Of a stretch of 64,000 nt of DNA, positions 1-10,553 are shown piece by piece. Under the pieces are notes generated by a model. It saw nothing but the letters and a program-made list of their open reading frames with translations. It was not told where the DNA came from and searched no databases. This DNA is from Rhodospirillaceae bacterium. Its GTDB lineage: Bacteria; Pseudomonadota; Alphaproteobacteria; Rhodospirillales; Rhodospirillaceae. The stretch is from NCBI GenBank assembly GCA_947476925.1, contig CANJSF010000001.1, positions 145,470 through 209,469 on the forward strand, written 5' to 3'. Made by a program: the position numbers and the translations under genes. Each line of letters opens with the position of its first letter. Position 1 is the first letter of the stretch.

Positions 1-423
1 GGTCAGAATGCGGCGCAAGTCTGGGTGATCGGAAAAGAACACGCCGTACATATCCCACGCCTCGCGCTCGAACCAATTGGCGCAGGGAAACACCCCCGAC
101 ACCGAAGGCACGGGCGATTCTTCATCGGCCGTCAGCTTCACACGCACGCGCTGGTTCTGTTTCATGCTGAGCAGGTGATACACCACCTCAAAGCGCTCTT
201 CCGTATCAGGATAATCGACGCCACAAATGTCGATGAGCTGAGAAAATTGGCAGCTTGTGTCATCGCGCAAATGCATCAGCACTTTAACGATCGAGCTGCG
301 GTGGACGCGAACACTCAGCTCGCCACCTTTGACTTCGGTGCTCAGCACAGCCGTCGGCAAGGCCGAGGCAATGTAACTGCCTAGTTCGCGAAGTGTGTCG
401 AGCGTATCGGGGGTTGTCGTCAT
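1..423 (-). CDS. nuoC: NADH-quinone oxidoreductase subunit C (partial; C-terminus lies beyond the window edge)
   Basis: Not in the ORF track because it runs off the edge. My translation of the minus strand from ATG 423..421 gives MTTTPDTLDTLRELGSYIASALPTAVLSTEVKGGELSVRVHRSS...VFPCANWFEREAWDMYGVFFSDHPDLRRILT, a NuoC/30-kDa subunit signature. It follows nuoA-nuoB directly. Confidence 0.85.
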   Translation of the reverse strand, partial: MTTTPDTLDTLRELGSYIASALPTAVLSTEVKGGELSVRVHRSSIVKVLMHLRDDTSCQFSQLIDICGVDYPDTEERFEVVYHLLSMKQNQRVRVKLTADEESPVPSVSGVFPCANWFEREAWDMYGVFFSDHPDLRRILT

Positions 424-438
424 CGAGAAAAACTGTGC

Positions 439-990
439 TTAACGATCAATGGTGCCGACGCGGCGAATTTTTTTGTGCAGCTGTAGAATTCCGTAGAGCA
501 ATGCCTCGGCCGTAGGCGGGCAGCCAGGGACGTAAATATCGACTGGCACGATGCGGTCGCAGCCGCGCACGACAGAATACGAATAGTGATAATAACCGCC
601 GCCGTTGGCGCAACTGCCCATTGAGATCACCCAGCGGGGCTCGGGCATTTGGTCGTAAACTTTACGCAAGGCGGGCGCCATTTTGTTCGTCAGCGTGCCG
701 GCAACGATCATCACATCGGATTGGCGTGGGCTGGGGCGAAAGACCATGCCAAAACGGTCAAGATCGTAGCGCGCCATGGCCGAGTGCATCATCTCGACCG
801 CACAGCACGCCAAGCCGAACGACATCGGCCACATAGACCCCGTACGACCCCAATTGGCCAGCTTATCGAGCGATGTGAGCAGGAAACCTTTGTTCTGCAG
901 TTCATCAGCCACGCGCGCCATGAACTCGCCATCGGCGGGCGCAGTGGCACGGATCGGATCAATTTTTGCTTGGGCGGGAACGACGTTCAT
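439..990 (-). CDS. nuoB: NADH-quinone oxidoreductase subunit B
   Basis: ORF 439..1041 has the NuoB Fe-S motifs [21 protein letters not shown] and VPGCPP. Start set at ATG 990 (MNVVPAQ), 5 nt past the nuoA stop. The TTG at 1041 would overlap nuoA by 47 nt. Confidence 0.93.
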   Translation of the reverse strand: MNVVPAQAKIDPIRATAPADGEFMARVADELQNKGFLLTSLDKLANWGRTGSMWPMSFGLACCAVEMMHSAMARYDLDRFGMVFRPSPRQSDVMIVAGTLTNKMAPALRKVYDQMPEPRWVISMGSCANGGGYYHYSYSVVRGCDRIVPVDIYVPGCPPTAEALLYGILQLHKKIRRVGTIDR

Positions 991-994
991 CAGA

Positions 995-1360
995 TCACTC
1001 CCATTCCAGGGCGCCTTTACGCCACTCGTAGACAAAGCCAATCGTGAGCACGCCCAGGAAGATCATCATCGACCAAAATCCGTAGAGGCCAATCTTCCCA
1101 AGGGTCACAGCCCATGGGAACAAGAAGGCCACTTCGAGATCGAAGATGATGAATAAGATTGAGACCAGGTAAAACCGCACGTCGAACTTACCGCGCGCGT
1201 CGTCAAACGCGTCAAAGCCGCACTCGTAGGACGAATTTTTCTCAGGGTCTGGACGGCTGGGCCCAACAATCAGCGACGCAACCACGATGATCAAGGCCAA
1301 GGCAAAAGCCAAGCCAATGAAAATCAGGATCGGCAAATATTCTTTTAGCAGATCATCCAT
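995..1360 (-). CDS. nuoA: NADH-quinone oxidoreductase subunit A
   Basis: ORF 995..1375 has three hydrophobic segments and the [12 protein letters not shown] motif of NuoA/ND3. ATG at 1360 ([12 protein letters not shown]) is preferred over the TTG at 1375. Confidence 0.9.
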   Translation of the reverse strand: MDDLLKEYLPILIFIGLAFALALIIVVASLIVGPSRPDPEKNSSYECGFDAFDDARGKFDVRFYLVSILFIIFDLEVAFLFPWAVTLGKIGLYGFWSMMIFLGVLTIGFVYEWRKGALEWE

Positions 1361-1630
1361 CGCCACGATCCCCAAACCGCGCCGCTACACCCGTGACCCC
1401 GGGAAAATTATTCTTCATTATCCAGGGCTTAGCCCTGCGTGCGCACGGAAAATTAGGTCCCCTTTCCATGCCGCGTCGAAGTGGCGTGATCTAAGCGGTG
1501 GGCATAGGCCAAGTCAAGCCAAACCCCGACAATAAACGCGTTGACACCATTAGGTTTTTTGCGGGTTTTGGGCATCCAGTCGACCCACTCCCAAAAGGGC
1601 CTGACGAGACGAAGCTCGACAGGCACAGGC

Positions 1631-1706
1631 TGGTGGGCGATGACGGGATCGAACCGCCGACATCTTGCGTGTAAAGCAAGCGCTCTACCAGCTGAGCTAA
1701 TCGCCC
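1631..1706 (-). tRNA. tRNA-Val (anticodon TAC)
   Basis: The reverse complement folds by hand into a cloverleaf: acceptor GGGCGAT/ATCGCCC, D stem GCTC/GAGC, anticodon stem CTTGC/GCAAG with loop TTTACAC, T arm GGCGG-TTCGATC-CCGTC, encoded CCA. Confidence 0.93.
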
Positions 1707-1765
1707 TGGGGTCTCCAGCCGGAGGCAGGAACCTATAGAAGTGCTTTACAGAAAGCTACGCCCCT

Positions 1766-1801
1766 CAAAACAAAAATGCCGACCTTTGGGGTCGGCATTT
1801 T
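1766..1801 (-). terminator. Rho-independent terminator downstream of hupB
   Basis: Perfect hairpin aaaatgccgacc-tttg-ggtcggcatttt. On the minus strand it is followed by a T-rich run (tgttttg). Confidence 0.7.
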
Positions 1802-1823
1802 GCCACGGAAAAGAGAACCTGAA

Positions 1824-2099
1824 TTAGCGGTTCACGGCGTCCTTAAGGGCCTTACCAGCCGAGAATTTCGGGCGCTTGGAGGCGGGAATTTTGATTGCCT
1901 CGCCTGTACGCGGGTTGCGACCTTCGCTGGCGGCACGTTTGGCGACCGTAAAGGTGCCGAAACCAACAAGGCGGACCTCGGTTTGTTTCTTCAAAGAATC
2001 GGTAATCGAGTCCAGCACGGCATCGACAGCCTTTGCTGCATCAGCTTTTGTCAGGCCCGTTGTGTCAGCGACAGCTGCGATCAGATCATTTTTATTCAT
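1824..2099 (-). CDS. hupB: HU family DNA-binding protein
   Basis: 91 aa, [11 protein letters not shown]...[49 protein letters not shown], a classic HU/IHF beta-arm signature. Confidence 0.95.
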   Translation of the reverse strand: MNKNDLIAAVADTTGLTKADAAKAVDAVLDSITDSLKKQTEVRLVGFGTFTVAKRAASEGRNPRTGEAIKIPASKRPKFSAGKALKDAVNR

Positions 2100-2340
2100 T
2101 TGGTTTGACCCTTTAAATCGACGTGGTGAGCAGTGGGAAAAGACGACATCCGGTAGCGGCGTAAACTAATCCGGCGCGCCGAAGCGCCGCGACACCTAGG
2201 AAAACTGCCATGTTCCGAATGGTGAGGTCAGTTTAAGCCCCGGATTCATTGGGCGTCAACGATTTGACCGTGAAAAATTGGGGATAACTCTGGGTTTTCG
2301 GGCCTGAGTAGGTGGTGGATCGAATTAAGGGCGGCGGAAC

Positions 2341-2385
2341 CCAAAAGAAAGCACCGAAGCTGGCATTGAAGCTGGATTCGGCGCT
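2341..2385 (-). terminator. Candidate terminator downstream of lon
   Basis: On the minus strand AGCGCCGAA...TTCGGTGCT forms a 9-bp stem (one G-U pair) followed by TTCTTTTGG, about 30 nt after the lon stop. Confidence 0.45.
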
Positions 2386-2413
2386 GGAACACAACCGAGT
2401 CGGGAGCGAACTT

Positions 2414-4837
2414 TTAATGAGTTCGGATCCCCTCTTCATCTTCATCAGCCCGTGCTTTGGACTTCCGACTGTCTTTCTCGTCTTCGGGATCGACGTCGTC
2501 CTTTGCCAAAATCGGCACCAAGGGTTTGGTTAGCGCTTTTTCAAGCACCTCATCGACCGTGGATACACTGATGATTTTCATGCCGCGCTTCACGTTGTCG
2601 GGAATTTCTTCCAGATCTTTTTCGTTTTCGCGCGGGATGAGCACGGTCTTGATGCCGCCGCGCAATGCCGCCAACAGCTTTTCTTTCAAGCCGCCGATAG
2701 GAAGCACCCGCCCGCTTAACGTTATTTCGCCGGTCATAGCGACATCTTTACGCACCGGAATACCGGTCAAAATCGAAATGATCGAGGTGCACATCGCAAC
2801 ACCCGCCGAGGGACCGTCTTTCGGTGTCGCCCCTTCGGGCAAGTGCAAGTGTATGTCTTTTTTCTCGAAGGTCTTGGTCTTAATGCCAAACGACAACGCC
2901 CGGCTGCGGACGAACGAACGTGCAGCTTGAATCGATTCCTTCATCACGTCGCCAAGCTGACCCGTGAGCGTAACAGCGCCCTTACCCGGCATTGTCACAG
3001 CTTCGATCGAGAGCAATTCGCCGCCGACTTCGGTCCACGCCAAGCCCGTGGTGATGCCCACCATATCTTCACGCTCGGCCTCGCCATAACGGTACTTCGG
3101 AATGCCCGCAAACTTCTTGAGAGTCTTGCGCGTGACTGCAACACGCTTGAGTTTCTTAAGAATGATTTCCTTGGTCGCTTTGCGCGTTAGATTGGCCAAC
3201 TCGCGCTCGAGGTTACGCACGCCTGCTTCGCGAGTGTAGTAGCGAATCAAGTCGAACAATGCCTCGTCGGAAATCGACCACTCGCCTTTTTTCAAGCCAT
3301 GCGCTTCAAGCTGCTTGGCAATAAGGTGGCGTTTTGCGATCTCGACTTTTTCTTCTTCAGTGTAGCCGGATACGCGCAAAATTTCCATGCGGTCCAACAG
3401 CGGTTGGGGCATGCGCAGCGTATTGGCGGTGGTGATGAACAACACGTCCGACAAATCGTAGTCGACTTCCAAATAGTGATCTTGGAACGTGTGGTTCTGC
3501 TCGGGGTCCAACACTTCGAGCAACGCCGACGACGGATCACCGCGCCAATCAGCCCCCAACTTGTCGATTTCATCGAGCAAGAATAGCGGATTGGATGTTT
3601 TGGCCTTGCGCATGCCCTGGATCACTTTACCAGGCATCGAGCCAATGTAAGTTCTCCGGTGACCGCGAATTTCGGCTTCGTCACGAACGCCACCTAGTGA
3701 TACGCGCACGAAGCTGCGACCCGTGGCTGACGCAATCGAACGACCTAACGATGTTTTGCCAACGCCCGGCGGGCCAACGAGGCACAAGATCGGTCCTTTG
3801 AGTTTTTTGGTGCGTGTTTGAACAGCCAAATACTCAACGATACGTTCTTTGACCTTCTCCAGGCCGAAGTGATCTTTGTCCAATTGTGTTTGGGCAGCTT
3901 TAAGGTCGAGTTTAACTTTCGAGCGCTTGTTCCACGGTATCGACGTCAACCAATCAAGGTAGTTGCGCACCACCGTGGCTTCAGCCGACATCGGGCTCAT
4001 GTTCTTGAGCTTCTTGAACTCGGCCAAGGCTTTGTCCTTGGCTTCTTTGCTCATTTTCAGCTTTTTGATTTTGTCTTCCAGCTCGGCGTTTTCATCGCGG
4101 CCTTCATCGTTTTCGCCGAGCTCGCGTTGAATCGCCTTCATCTGTTCGTTCAAGTAATACTCGCGCTGGGTCTTCTCCATCTGGCGCTTCACGCGATTGC
4201 GGATCTTACGCTCGACTTGCAGCACGCTGATTTCAGATTCCATGAACGCATAGATTTTTTCCAAGCGTTCAGTAATGCCTTTGGTTTCAAGCAAATCTTG
4301 CTTGTCGGCAATTTTAAGGCCCAAGTGCGAAGCAATGTTGTCGGCCAGTTTCGACATGTTGTCGATTTGGTTGATCGACACCAAAACTTCAGGCGGAATC
4401 TTTTTATTCAGTTTGATGTACTGCTCAAACTGCGAAACGACAGTGCGCGACAAAGCCTCAAGCTCTTTGTCATCTTCTTTGGCATCGTCAATCAACTCGG
4501 CATAGGCTTCGAAGAACGTATCGTTCTCTTTGTAGCCGGTAATGCGCGCGCGTTGCCCGCCCTCGACCAGCACCTTCACGGTGCCGTCGGGTAGCTTCAA
4601 CAATTGCAGCACGGTTGAAACGGTACCAACCTCGTAGATGTCTTTGGAGGCTGGATCATCCTGCGAGGCGTCTTTTTGAGCGACGAGCAGAATTTGTTTG
4701 TCATCAGCCATCACGTCTTCGAGCGCACGAACGGATTTTTCGCGGCCAACGAACAACGGCACGATCATGTGTGGGAACACAACGATGTCGCGCAACGGCA
4801 GAACAGGGAATAACTTCGCTTTGGAAACGCTCACCAA
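2414..4837 (-). CDS. lon: ATP-dependent Lon protease
   Basis: 807 aa with a Lon N-domain ([20 protein letters not shown]), Walker [10 protein letters not shown] and the protease-site PKDGPSAG. The start is a TTG at 4837; GTG 4834 is an alternative. Confidence 0.97.
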   Translation of the reverse strand: MVSVSKAKLFPVLPLRDIVVFPHMIVPLFVGREKSVRALEDVMADDKQILLVAQKDASQDDPASKDIYEVGTVSTVLQLLKLPDGTVKVLVEGGQRARITGYKENDTFFEAYAELIDDAKEDDKELEALSRTVVSQFEQYIKLNKKIPPEVLVSINQIDNMSKLADNIASHLGLKIADKQDLLETKGITERLEKIYAFMESEISVLQVERKIRNRVKRQMEKTQREYYLNEQMKAIQRELGENDEGRDENAELEDKIKKLKMSKEAKDKALAEFKKLKNMSPMSAEATVVRNYLDWLTSIPWNKRSKVKLDLKAAQTQLDKDHFGLEKVKERIVEYLAVQTRTKKLKGPILCLVGPPGVGKTSLGRSIASATGRSFVRVSLGGVRDEAEIRGHRRTYIGSMPGKVIQGMRKAKTSNPLFLLDEIDKLGADWRGDPSSALLEVLDPEQNHTFQDHYLEVDYDLSDVLFITTANTLRMPQPLLDRMEILRVSGYTEEEKVEIAKRHLIAKQLEAHGLKKGEWSISDEALFDLIRYYTREAGVRNLERELANLTRKATKEIILKKLKRVAVTRKTLKKFAGIPKYRYGEAEREDMVGITTGLAWTEVGGELLSIEAVTMPGKGAVTLTGQLGDVMKESIQAARSFVRSRALSFGIKTKTFEKKDIHLHLPEGATPKDGPSAGVAMCTSIISILTGIPVRKDVAMTGEITLSGRVLPIGGLKEKLLAALRGGIKTVLIPRENEKDLEEIPDNVKRGMKIISVSTVDEVLEKALTKPLVPILAKDDVDPEDEKDSRKSKARADEDEEGIRTH

Positions 4838-4908
4838 TCACCTCTTTACCAACGCCTCATGACGAAGCGTTGAATTCAAATCGCCAAATGCACCGCCGAT
4901 CAGACCGA

Positions 4909-6177
4909 TCAGGCCGGGGTTCCGACATCGCTGCGGCGATCGGCCGCATAGATGTATAACGGCTTGGCGCGTCCCTCGGTCACCTCGGCGTTCACAACCA
5001 CCTCTTCCACGCCTTCAAGGCCGGGGAGGTCGAACATGGTGTCGAGCAGGATGCCTTCCATAATGGAACGCAAGCCGCGGGCCCCGGTCTTACGTGTAAT
5101 GGCCTTGCGGGCCACCGTCTTCAGGGCGTCGTCTGTAAATGTAAGTTGAATGCTCTCCATGTCAAATAGGCGCTGATACTGTTTCGATAGCGCGTTCTTT
5201 GGCTTGGTGAGAATGTCGACGAGTGCTTTTTCGTCCAGGTCGGTCAGCGTCGCTAAAATCGGCAAGCGGCCAACAAACTCGGGGATGAGTCCGTACTTCA
5301 GCAAATCTTCGGGCTCGACTTCTTTCAGCAGTTCGCCGGTTTGACGGTCATCGGCTGATTTCACGTCCGCGCCAAAGCCAATGGCAACACCGCGACCGCG
5401 CTGGGCAATGATCTTTTCCAGGCCGGCAAATGCACCGCCGCAAATAAATAGGATGTTTGTCGTGTCGACTTGCAGAAACTCTTGCTGCGGGTGCTTGCGA
5501 CCACCTTGGGGCGGAACAGACGCAACTGTGCCTTCCATAATCTTCAGCAAAGCTTGCTGCACGCCCTCGCCCGAAACGTCGCGGGTGATCGAGGGGTTAT
5601 CGGATTTACGCGAAATTTTGTCGATTTCGTCGATATACACAATGCCCCGCTGGGCGCGCTCGACGTTGTAGTCGGCAGCTTGCAGCAGCTTCAGGATAAT
5701 GTTCTCGACGTCTTCGCCCACATAACCGGCTTCGGTCAGCGTGGTGGCATCAGCCATCGTAAATGGCACGTCCAGAATGCGCGCCAGCGTTTGGGCCAGC
5801 AGCGTCTTGCCGCAACCGGTGGGGCCGCAGAGCAAGATATTGGATTTCGCAATCTCGACTTCGGCATTCTTGGTCGTGGCCGAAAGGCGCTTGTAGTGGT
5901 TGTGAACGGCGACAGAGAGGACTTTTTTGGCGTAATCCTGCCCGATCACGTAGTCGTCCAAGACCTTGCGGATATCGCGCGGTGAAGGCACGCCTTCACG
6001 TGATTTCACCAAATTGGTCTTGTTTTCCTCACGGATAATATCCATGCACAATTCGACGCATTCATCGCAGATGAACACCGTCGGCCCCGCAATCAACTTG
6101 CGGACTTCGTGCTGGCTCTTACCGCAAAACGAGCAGTAGAGCGTATTCTTCGAATCACCAGTCGATGACTTGGTCAT
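4909..6177 (-). CDS. clpX: ATP-dependent Clp protease ATP-binding subunit ClpX
   Basis: 422 aa with an N-terminal zinc finger (CSFCGKS...CDEC), Walker A GPTGCGKT and an IGF-like loop. Confidence 0.97.
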   Translation of the reverse strand: MTKSSTGDSKNTLYCSFCGKSQHEVRKLIAGPTVFICDECVELCMDIIREENKTNLVKSREGVPSPRDIRKVLDDYVIGQDYAKKVLSVAVHNHYKRLSATTKNAEVEIAKSNILLCGPTGCGKTLLAQTLARILDVPFTMADATTLTEAGYVGEDVENIILKLLQAADYNVERAQRGIVYIDEIDKISRKSDNPSITRDVSGEGVQQALLKIMEGTVASVPPQGGRKHPQQEFLQVDTTNILFICGGAFAGLEKIIAQRGRGVAIGFGADVKSADDRQTGELLKEVEPEDLLKYGLIPEFVGRLPILATLTDLDEKALVDILTKPKNALSKQYQRLFDMESIQLTFTDDALKTVARKAITRKTGARGLRSIMEGILLDTMFDLPGLEGVEEVVVNAEVTEGRAKPLYIYAADRRSDVGTPA

Positions 6178-6455
6178 CGTTATTACTCCTGACGGACCTG
6201 CGCCTTGTCGTTGCGGGCCATCTAACCACTATATTTCGTATGTTACCCGAGTTTGAGGCTGACACAACCTCGCAGCCTCTCAGGCCTTTGTCATCAGAAC
6301 ATTAATGCAACATCGCGTATCGCATCGACTCGCGCTCTCAACTGCCGATAGCGATATTCCTGCCGCACGACGCCATTCATGGTGGGATCAGCGATTCAAG
6401 CACCCAGTAATCAACCCACATTAACGAGGGGTACAACGACTCGGTTGCCGCGCCC

Positions 6456-7118
6456 TTAGGCTTTGGCTTCGTCTTTTGCGCCATTTTCGTCTTTTGGCGG
6501 ACGGGGGCGCTCGGTTTCCACTTTGTCGATCAAGCCGAATTCTTGGGCTTCCGACGCGCTCATGAAGTTATCGCGGTCCATGGCATGTTCGACTTGTTCG
6601 AGCGTCTTGTGCGTGTGCTTAACGTAAATGCCATTCAGCCGAGACCGCAGGGTCATGATTTCGCGCGCTTGAATTTCAATATCTGCCGCCTGCCCCTGGA
6701 AGCCGCCGGAAGGCTGGTGGATCATGATGCGGGAATTAGGCAATGCAAACCGCTTGCCTGGAGCGCCGGCCGCCAACAACAACGAACCCATCGAAGCGGC
6801 CTGCCCGACGCATAACGTGGCAACGTCGCAGCGAATGTACTGCATGGTATCATAGATGGCCAAACCGGCCGTTACGACGCCGCCTGGCGAGTTGATGTAA
6901 AAAGCGATGTCTTTGCCCGGATTTTCAGATTCCAAGAACAACAACTGCGCGCAAATCAGCGAAGCGACGTTGTCGTTAACGCCACCAGTCAGGAACACAA
7001 TGCGCTCTTTCAGGAGCCGCGAATAAATATCAAACGATCGCTCGCCACGATTGGTTTGCTCAATAACCATTGGCACGAGGTTGTTATTGTAAACTTCCAT
7101 CGGATCGCGATCACGCAT
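6456..7118 (-). CDS. clpP: ATP-dependent Clp protease proteolytic subunit
   Basis: 220 aa with the GQAASMGS active-site serine and IMIHQPSGG histidine motifs. Confidence 0.97.
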   Translation of the reverse strand: MRDRDPMEVYNNNLVPMVIEQTNRGERSFDIYSRLLKERIVFLTGGVNDNVASLICAQLLFLESENPGKDIAFYINSPGGVVTAGLAIYDTMQYIRCDVATLCVGQAASMGSLLLAAGAPGKRFALPNSRIMIHQPSGGFQGQAADIEIQAREIMTLRSRLNGIYVKHTHKTLEQVEHAMDRDNFMSASEAQEFGLIDKVETERPRPPKDENGAKDEAKA

Positions 7119-7195
7119 GTGTCACCCAAAGCGCCTGCGCCACCAACGGTGGCATGAACTGGCTACATAGTTTGTATTTTTGTCCGCGCAACCCG

Positions 7196-8533
7196 TTACG
7201 CCAAAGCCAGCGGAGTTTCGGGGTCTTTCTGCAATTCTTCGATTGTCACAGTCTTTTCGGAAATCTTCGCAGACCCCAAAATGAAATCGACGACCTTGTC
7301 TTCAAAGGCCGGTGCCCGCAGTGATTCAAGCGCTTCCGGCGTATTCTTGTAATAGTTCACAACCGACTGTTCTTGCCCGGGATAACGGCTGGCCTGTGCA
7401 GCAACCGCTTGGCCTAACTCTTCGGGCGTCACGGCGATGTTGTTCTTTTGACCGACGTCAGACAGCAACAAACCAAGGCGGACACGACGCTCGGCAATCG
7501 CGCGATACTCTTTGCGCAATTCGTCATCGGTTTTCTTGGCGTCATCGGGGTCCATTTGGCCCGAGGTCTTCGCTTGTTCGATTTGGTTCCAAATAGCGTT
7601 GAACTCGGCGTCGACCATGCCTTCGGGAACAGCAAACGTATCGAGTTCGGCCAGCTTATCGAGAAGGTTGCGCTTCAAGCGCAAACGGCTCAGGCGATCA
7701 TAGCTGCCTTGAATGATTTCACGTGTTTTTGCTTTGAGCGTATCAACGCTTTCCTCGCCCATGCGCTTCGCAAAGGCATCGTCCAAGGTCGGCGTTTCAA
7801 GCTCACGTAATTCTTTAACATTCACATTAAACACGACGGCCTGACCGGCCAGGTTTTTCGAGCCGTAGTCCGCCGGGAATGTGACGTTCAGCACCGCCGC
7901 GTCACCGGCTTTCACGCCGATCAGTTGATCTTCAAAGCCTGGAATAAACTGACCCGAACCGAGTTCGAGGTAAGCATCGAACGCGGTGCCGCCTTCAAAG
8001 GCTTCACCATTCAATTTACCAACGTAATCGATCACAACCACATCGCCGTTCTTGGCTTTGCGATCTTCAGCAATCACCTTAGTGGTCCGATTGTTGTCTA
8101 ACAGCTGTTTAATTGCTTTATCGAACTCAGCTTCGTCCGCTTTGACAACCCATTTTTCCAAGGCGACTTTGCCAAAATCAGGCGCAGCGATATCGGGCAA
8201 CACTTCGACCTTCACGTCGAATTCCAGGTCTTTGCCTTCGGCAAAATTCACCAGTTCGATCTTAGGCTGCAAAGCAGGCTTCAAGGCTTTTTGAGAAATC
8301 ACCGACTGTGCGGATTCATTGATCGTCTGATCCAAAATCTCGCCCATGACCGATTGGCCGAACCGCTTACGCAGCAGGTTCATCGGCGCTTTGCCGGGAC
8401 GAAAGCCTGGCAAATTCACTTGCTGACCAACTTCCGACAAGCGCGTTGTCATGCGTTGCTCGATAATCGAAGCGGCGATCACAACGTTGTATTCGCGCTT
8501 CAGCCCTGATGCGGCTTTTTCTGTAATTTGCAT
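7196..8533 (-). CDS. tig: Trigger factor
   Basis: ORF 7196..8554 has the GFRPGKAP ribosome-binding signature and a central FKBP-like domain. ATG 8533 (MQITEK) is preferred over TTG 8554. Confidence 0.95.
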   Translation of the reverse strand: MQITEKAASGLKREYNVVIAASIIEQRMTTRLSEVGQQVNLPGFRPGKAPMNLLRKRFGQSVMGEILDQTINESAQSVISQKALKPALQPKIELVNFAEGKDLEFDVKVEVLPDIAAPDFGKVALEKWVVKADEAEFDKAIKQLLDNNRTTKVIAEDRKAKNGDVVVIDYVGKLNGEAFEGGTAFDAYLELGSGQFIPGFEDQLIGVKAGDAAVLNVTFPADYGSKNLAGQAVVFNVNVKELRELETPTLDDAFAKRMGEESVDTLKAKTREIIQGSYDRLSRLRLKRNLLDKLAELDTFAVPEGMVDAEFNAIWNQIEQAKTSGQMDPDDAKKTDDELRKEYRAIAERRVRLGLLLSDVGQKNNIAVTPEELGQAVAAQASRYPGQEQSVVNYYKNTPEALESLRAPAFEDKVVDFILGSAKISEKTVTIEELQKDPETPLALA

Positions 8534-8648
8534 GGCCTCGTCTCGTGCTCCCAAAATCTGTCTGTCTCAATAAACGCTCGCCGCCGCACTCGCCTTAGCA
8601 CGCGCGCAAGCGCTGACGACCTAAAGCTGATGCGAATTGCGGTCGACG

Positions 8649-8735
8649 TGGTGCGGGTGAAGGGACTCGAACCCCTAAGGCCTTTCAGCCACTAGGACCT
8701 AAACCTAGCGTGTCTACCAGTTCCACCACACCCGC
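8649..8735 (-). tRNA. tRNA-Leu (anticodon TAG)
   Basis: Type II tRNA folded by hand: acceptor GCGGGTG/CACCCGC, anticodon stem CTAGG/CCTAG with loop TTTAGGT, long variable arm, T loop TTCGAGT, encoded CCA. Confidence 0.92.
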
Positions 8736-8892
8736 AAGCCGCCGGGTGCCTCACCCGCTCGAATGCCGCATTCGTTTAATGGGCTGTTACGCATTACACA
8801 AGCCAAAGCAGCGAATTGATGAATTTTGGAATATACGTAGCGCTAAACTTAGATCATGTATTTTATAAGTAAGCTATAATAACTTATTATAA

Positions 8893-10407
8893 TTAAATGT
8901 TTTTAATAACTTCTACCACCGCTGATGGCAGATCTTCTGCAATCAATCCGGGGCCAACTTTGGTTCCGGCTGCCCCATGCAGCCACACCGCGGCATTGGC
9001 CGCGTGCCAGGCTGTCATGCCCTGCGCCAATAGCCCGACAACCAGCCCAGCCAGGACATCGCCTGAACCGCCGGTTGCGAGCCATGGCGAGCCATTGGTG
9101 TTGATGGCGATACGGCCATCGGGGGCGGCGATAAGTGTATCAGCGCCTTTTAAGACGACGACAGCTCCACTCAGCGTTGCGGCCGCGGTGGCACGCTCAA
9201 TTTTGGGCCCATTAACGCCAAAAAGGCGCGCAAACTCACCTTCATGCGGGGTAAGCACGGTCGGTGCCGCGCGCGACTTTATAGCTTCGAAGAGCAAATG
9301 CGGATCAGCCGAGAAACTGGTGAGCGCATCGGCATCCAAAACGACCGCGCGGGCTGTATTTAGCAGCCGCAGCACAAGGCTGCAGGTGGCCGGCCCAACG
9401 CCATAACCCGGGCCAATCAAAATCGCATTCTTGCGATGATCGCTTAGCAGCTCGTCGAGATCATGCGAGGTGTCTACACCGTGTAACAAAGCCCCCGGCT
9501 GGTCAGCGCCATAGGTATTCAAAGCTCGACCGGGAATCGCGTAAGTCAAAAGGCCCGCGCCTACCCGACGCGCGGCAAAACCCGCCAAGCGCCCTGCCCC
9601 GTTCATTTTCGCGCCGCCAAAAACGATGGCATGACCACGCGTGTATTTGTGTGACTGCCAATCGGGATGGGGCAATGACCAAAGGCGCGGGTCGTTCAAA
9701 ACGAGGCGCGGCTTTATGACATTCAAAACTGCATCGGGTATGCCGATGTCGGCCACCACAACCTCGCCACACAGAGCGCGGCCCGGATATAGAACATGCG
9801 CAGGCTTAAGCCTGAAAAAGGTTACAGTCAGGGCGCAATTGGCGGCCAAGCCCGCTTTCCCAGGCTGATTGGTATCGGGCAAAATAAAGCCGGTATCACC
9901 GTGCAGACCGCTCGGAACATCAACTGCAATGCAAGTCAGCTCGAGGTCAGTTACGCGTTGAATTGCCAGTGCGGCTGTGCCCGACAAACCTCGATTTAAG
10001 CCGGCCCCAAATATTGCATCAACAACTAGAGGACGTTGAAGCAGAAGGGCCTCGATACTTTGCGCGTCCAAAGACTCGGTCGTGCCACCGACATCCTGCC
10101 AACGGGCCGCATAGAAAGCTGCATCGCCCTTGAGCGCCAGCACGTCGCCCATCAGCGCAAGCTTTATGGGCCAGCCGGCTTGCATGAGGTGGCGCGCAAC
10201 GACAAAGCCATCGCCTCCATTGTTTCCTGGCCCGCAAAAAATGGCGACGAGTTGGCGGGGCCAACGCTTGATGATTTCGCGGGAAATCGCCGCACCTGCG
10301 GTCTCCATCAGCGCCAAGCTACTAACGCCAGCAGCCACGGCCGCCTGATCAGCGGCATACATTTCAGCCACAGACAGAATATCTTGGGGTTGAGTTTCAT
10401 AGGCCAT
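8893..10407 (-). CDS. nnr: Bifunctional NAD(P)H-hydrate repair enzyme (epimerase / ADP-dependent dehydratase)
   Basis: N-terminal YjeF_N-like part (CGPGNNGGDG) and C-terminal carbohydrate-kinase-like part (GSGDVLAG). Start set at ATG 10407 (MAYETQPQDIL); the ORF extension up to 10551 looks non-coding. Confidence 0.88.
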   Translation of the reverse strand: MAYETQPQDILSVAEMYAADQAAVAAGVSSLALMETAGAAISREIIKRWPRQLVAIFCGPGNNGGDGFVVARHLMQAGWPIKLALMGDVLALKGDAAFYAARWQDVGGTTESLDAQSIEALLLQRPLVVDAIFGAGLNRGLSGTAALAIQRVTDLELTCIAVDVPSGLHGDTGFILPDTNQPGKAGLAANCALTVTFFRLKPAHVLYPGRALCGEVVVADIGIPDAVLNVIKPRLVLNDPRLWSLPHPDWQSHKYTRGHAIVFGGAKMNGAGRLAGFAARRVGAGLLTYAIPGRALNTYGADQPGALLHGVDTSHDLDELLSDHRKNAILIGPGYGVGPATCSLVLRLLNTARAVVLDADALTSFSADPHLLFEAIKSRAAPTVLTPHEGEFARLFGVNGPKIERATAAATLSGAVVVLKGADTLIAAPDGRIAINTNGSPWLATGGSGDVLAGLVVGLLAQGMTAWHAANAAVWLHGAAGTKVGPGLIAEDLPSAVVEVIKNI

Positions 10408-10553
10408 GGGTCGATTACATCGCCTGCTATTATTTATGAGCCCCATGCGAGACGGTTTCCTCGCTTCGGGCAGTTCTATAGACATACCCGAATTGAGGGT
10501 GGCTCGGCACTGACTGTATGGTAGCTGGCCAATATTAGTGTTTGGAGTCACGC

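Noticed and set aside
25-384. 119-aa plus-strand ORF at the window start
   Set aside because: The opposite strand translates into an unmistakable NuoC N-terminal half that continues the nuoA-nuoB operon. The plus-strand ORF is His/Arg-rich mirror-frame noise.
3818-4594. 258-aa plus-strand ORF inside lon, and similar long antisense ORFs at 31144..31926 (ftsH), 20620..21369 (kinase-like gene), 48027..48761 (epmA), 48868..49728 (efp/suhB) and 45306..45917 (fba)
   Set aside because: Each lies fully inside, and antisense to, a gene with strong family signatures. None has recognisable motifs.
6178-6455. 278-nt clpP-clpX spacer as a hidden gene or sRNA
   Set aside because: Only peptide ORFs of 20-26 aa without an SD are present, along with one short hairpin (gaggctg...cagcctc). 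That is insufficient evidence beyond an internal clpX promoter region.
8649-8892. tRNA-Leu plus the AT-rich flank as a genomic-island integration site
   Set aside because: No integrase, no direct repeat of the tRNA 3' end, and no foreign-looking genes on either side. tig and nnr flank it directly.
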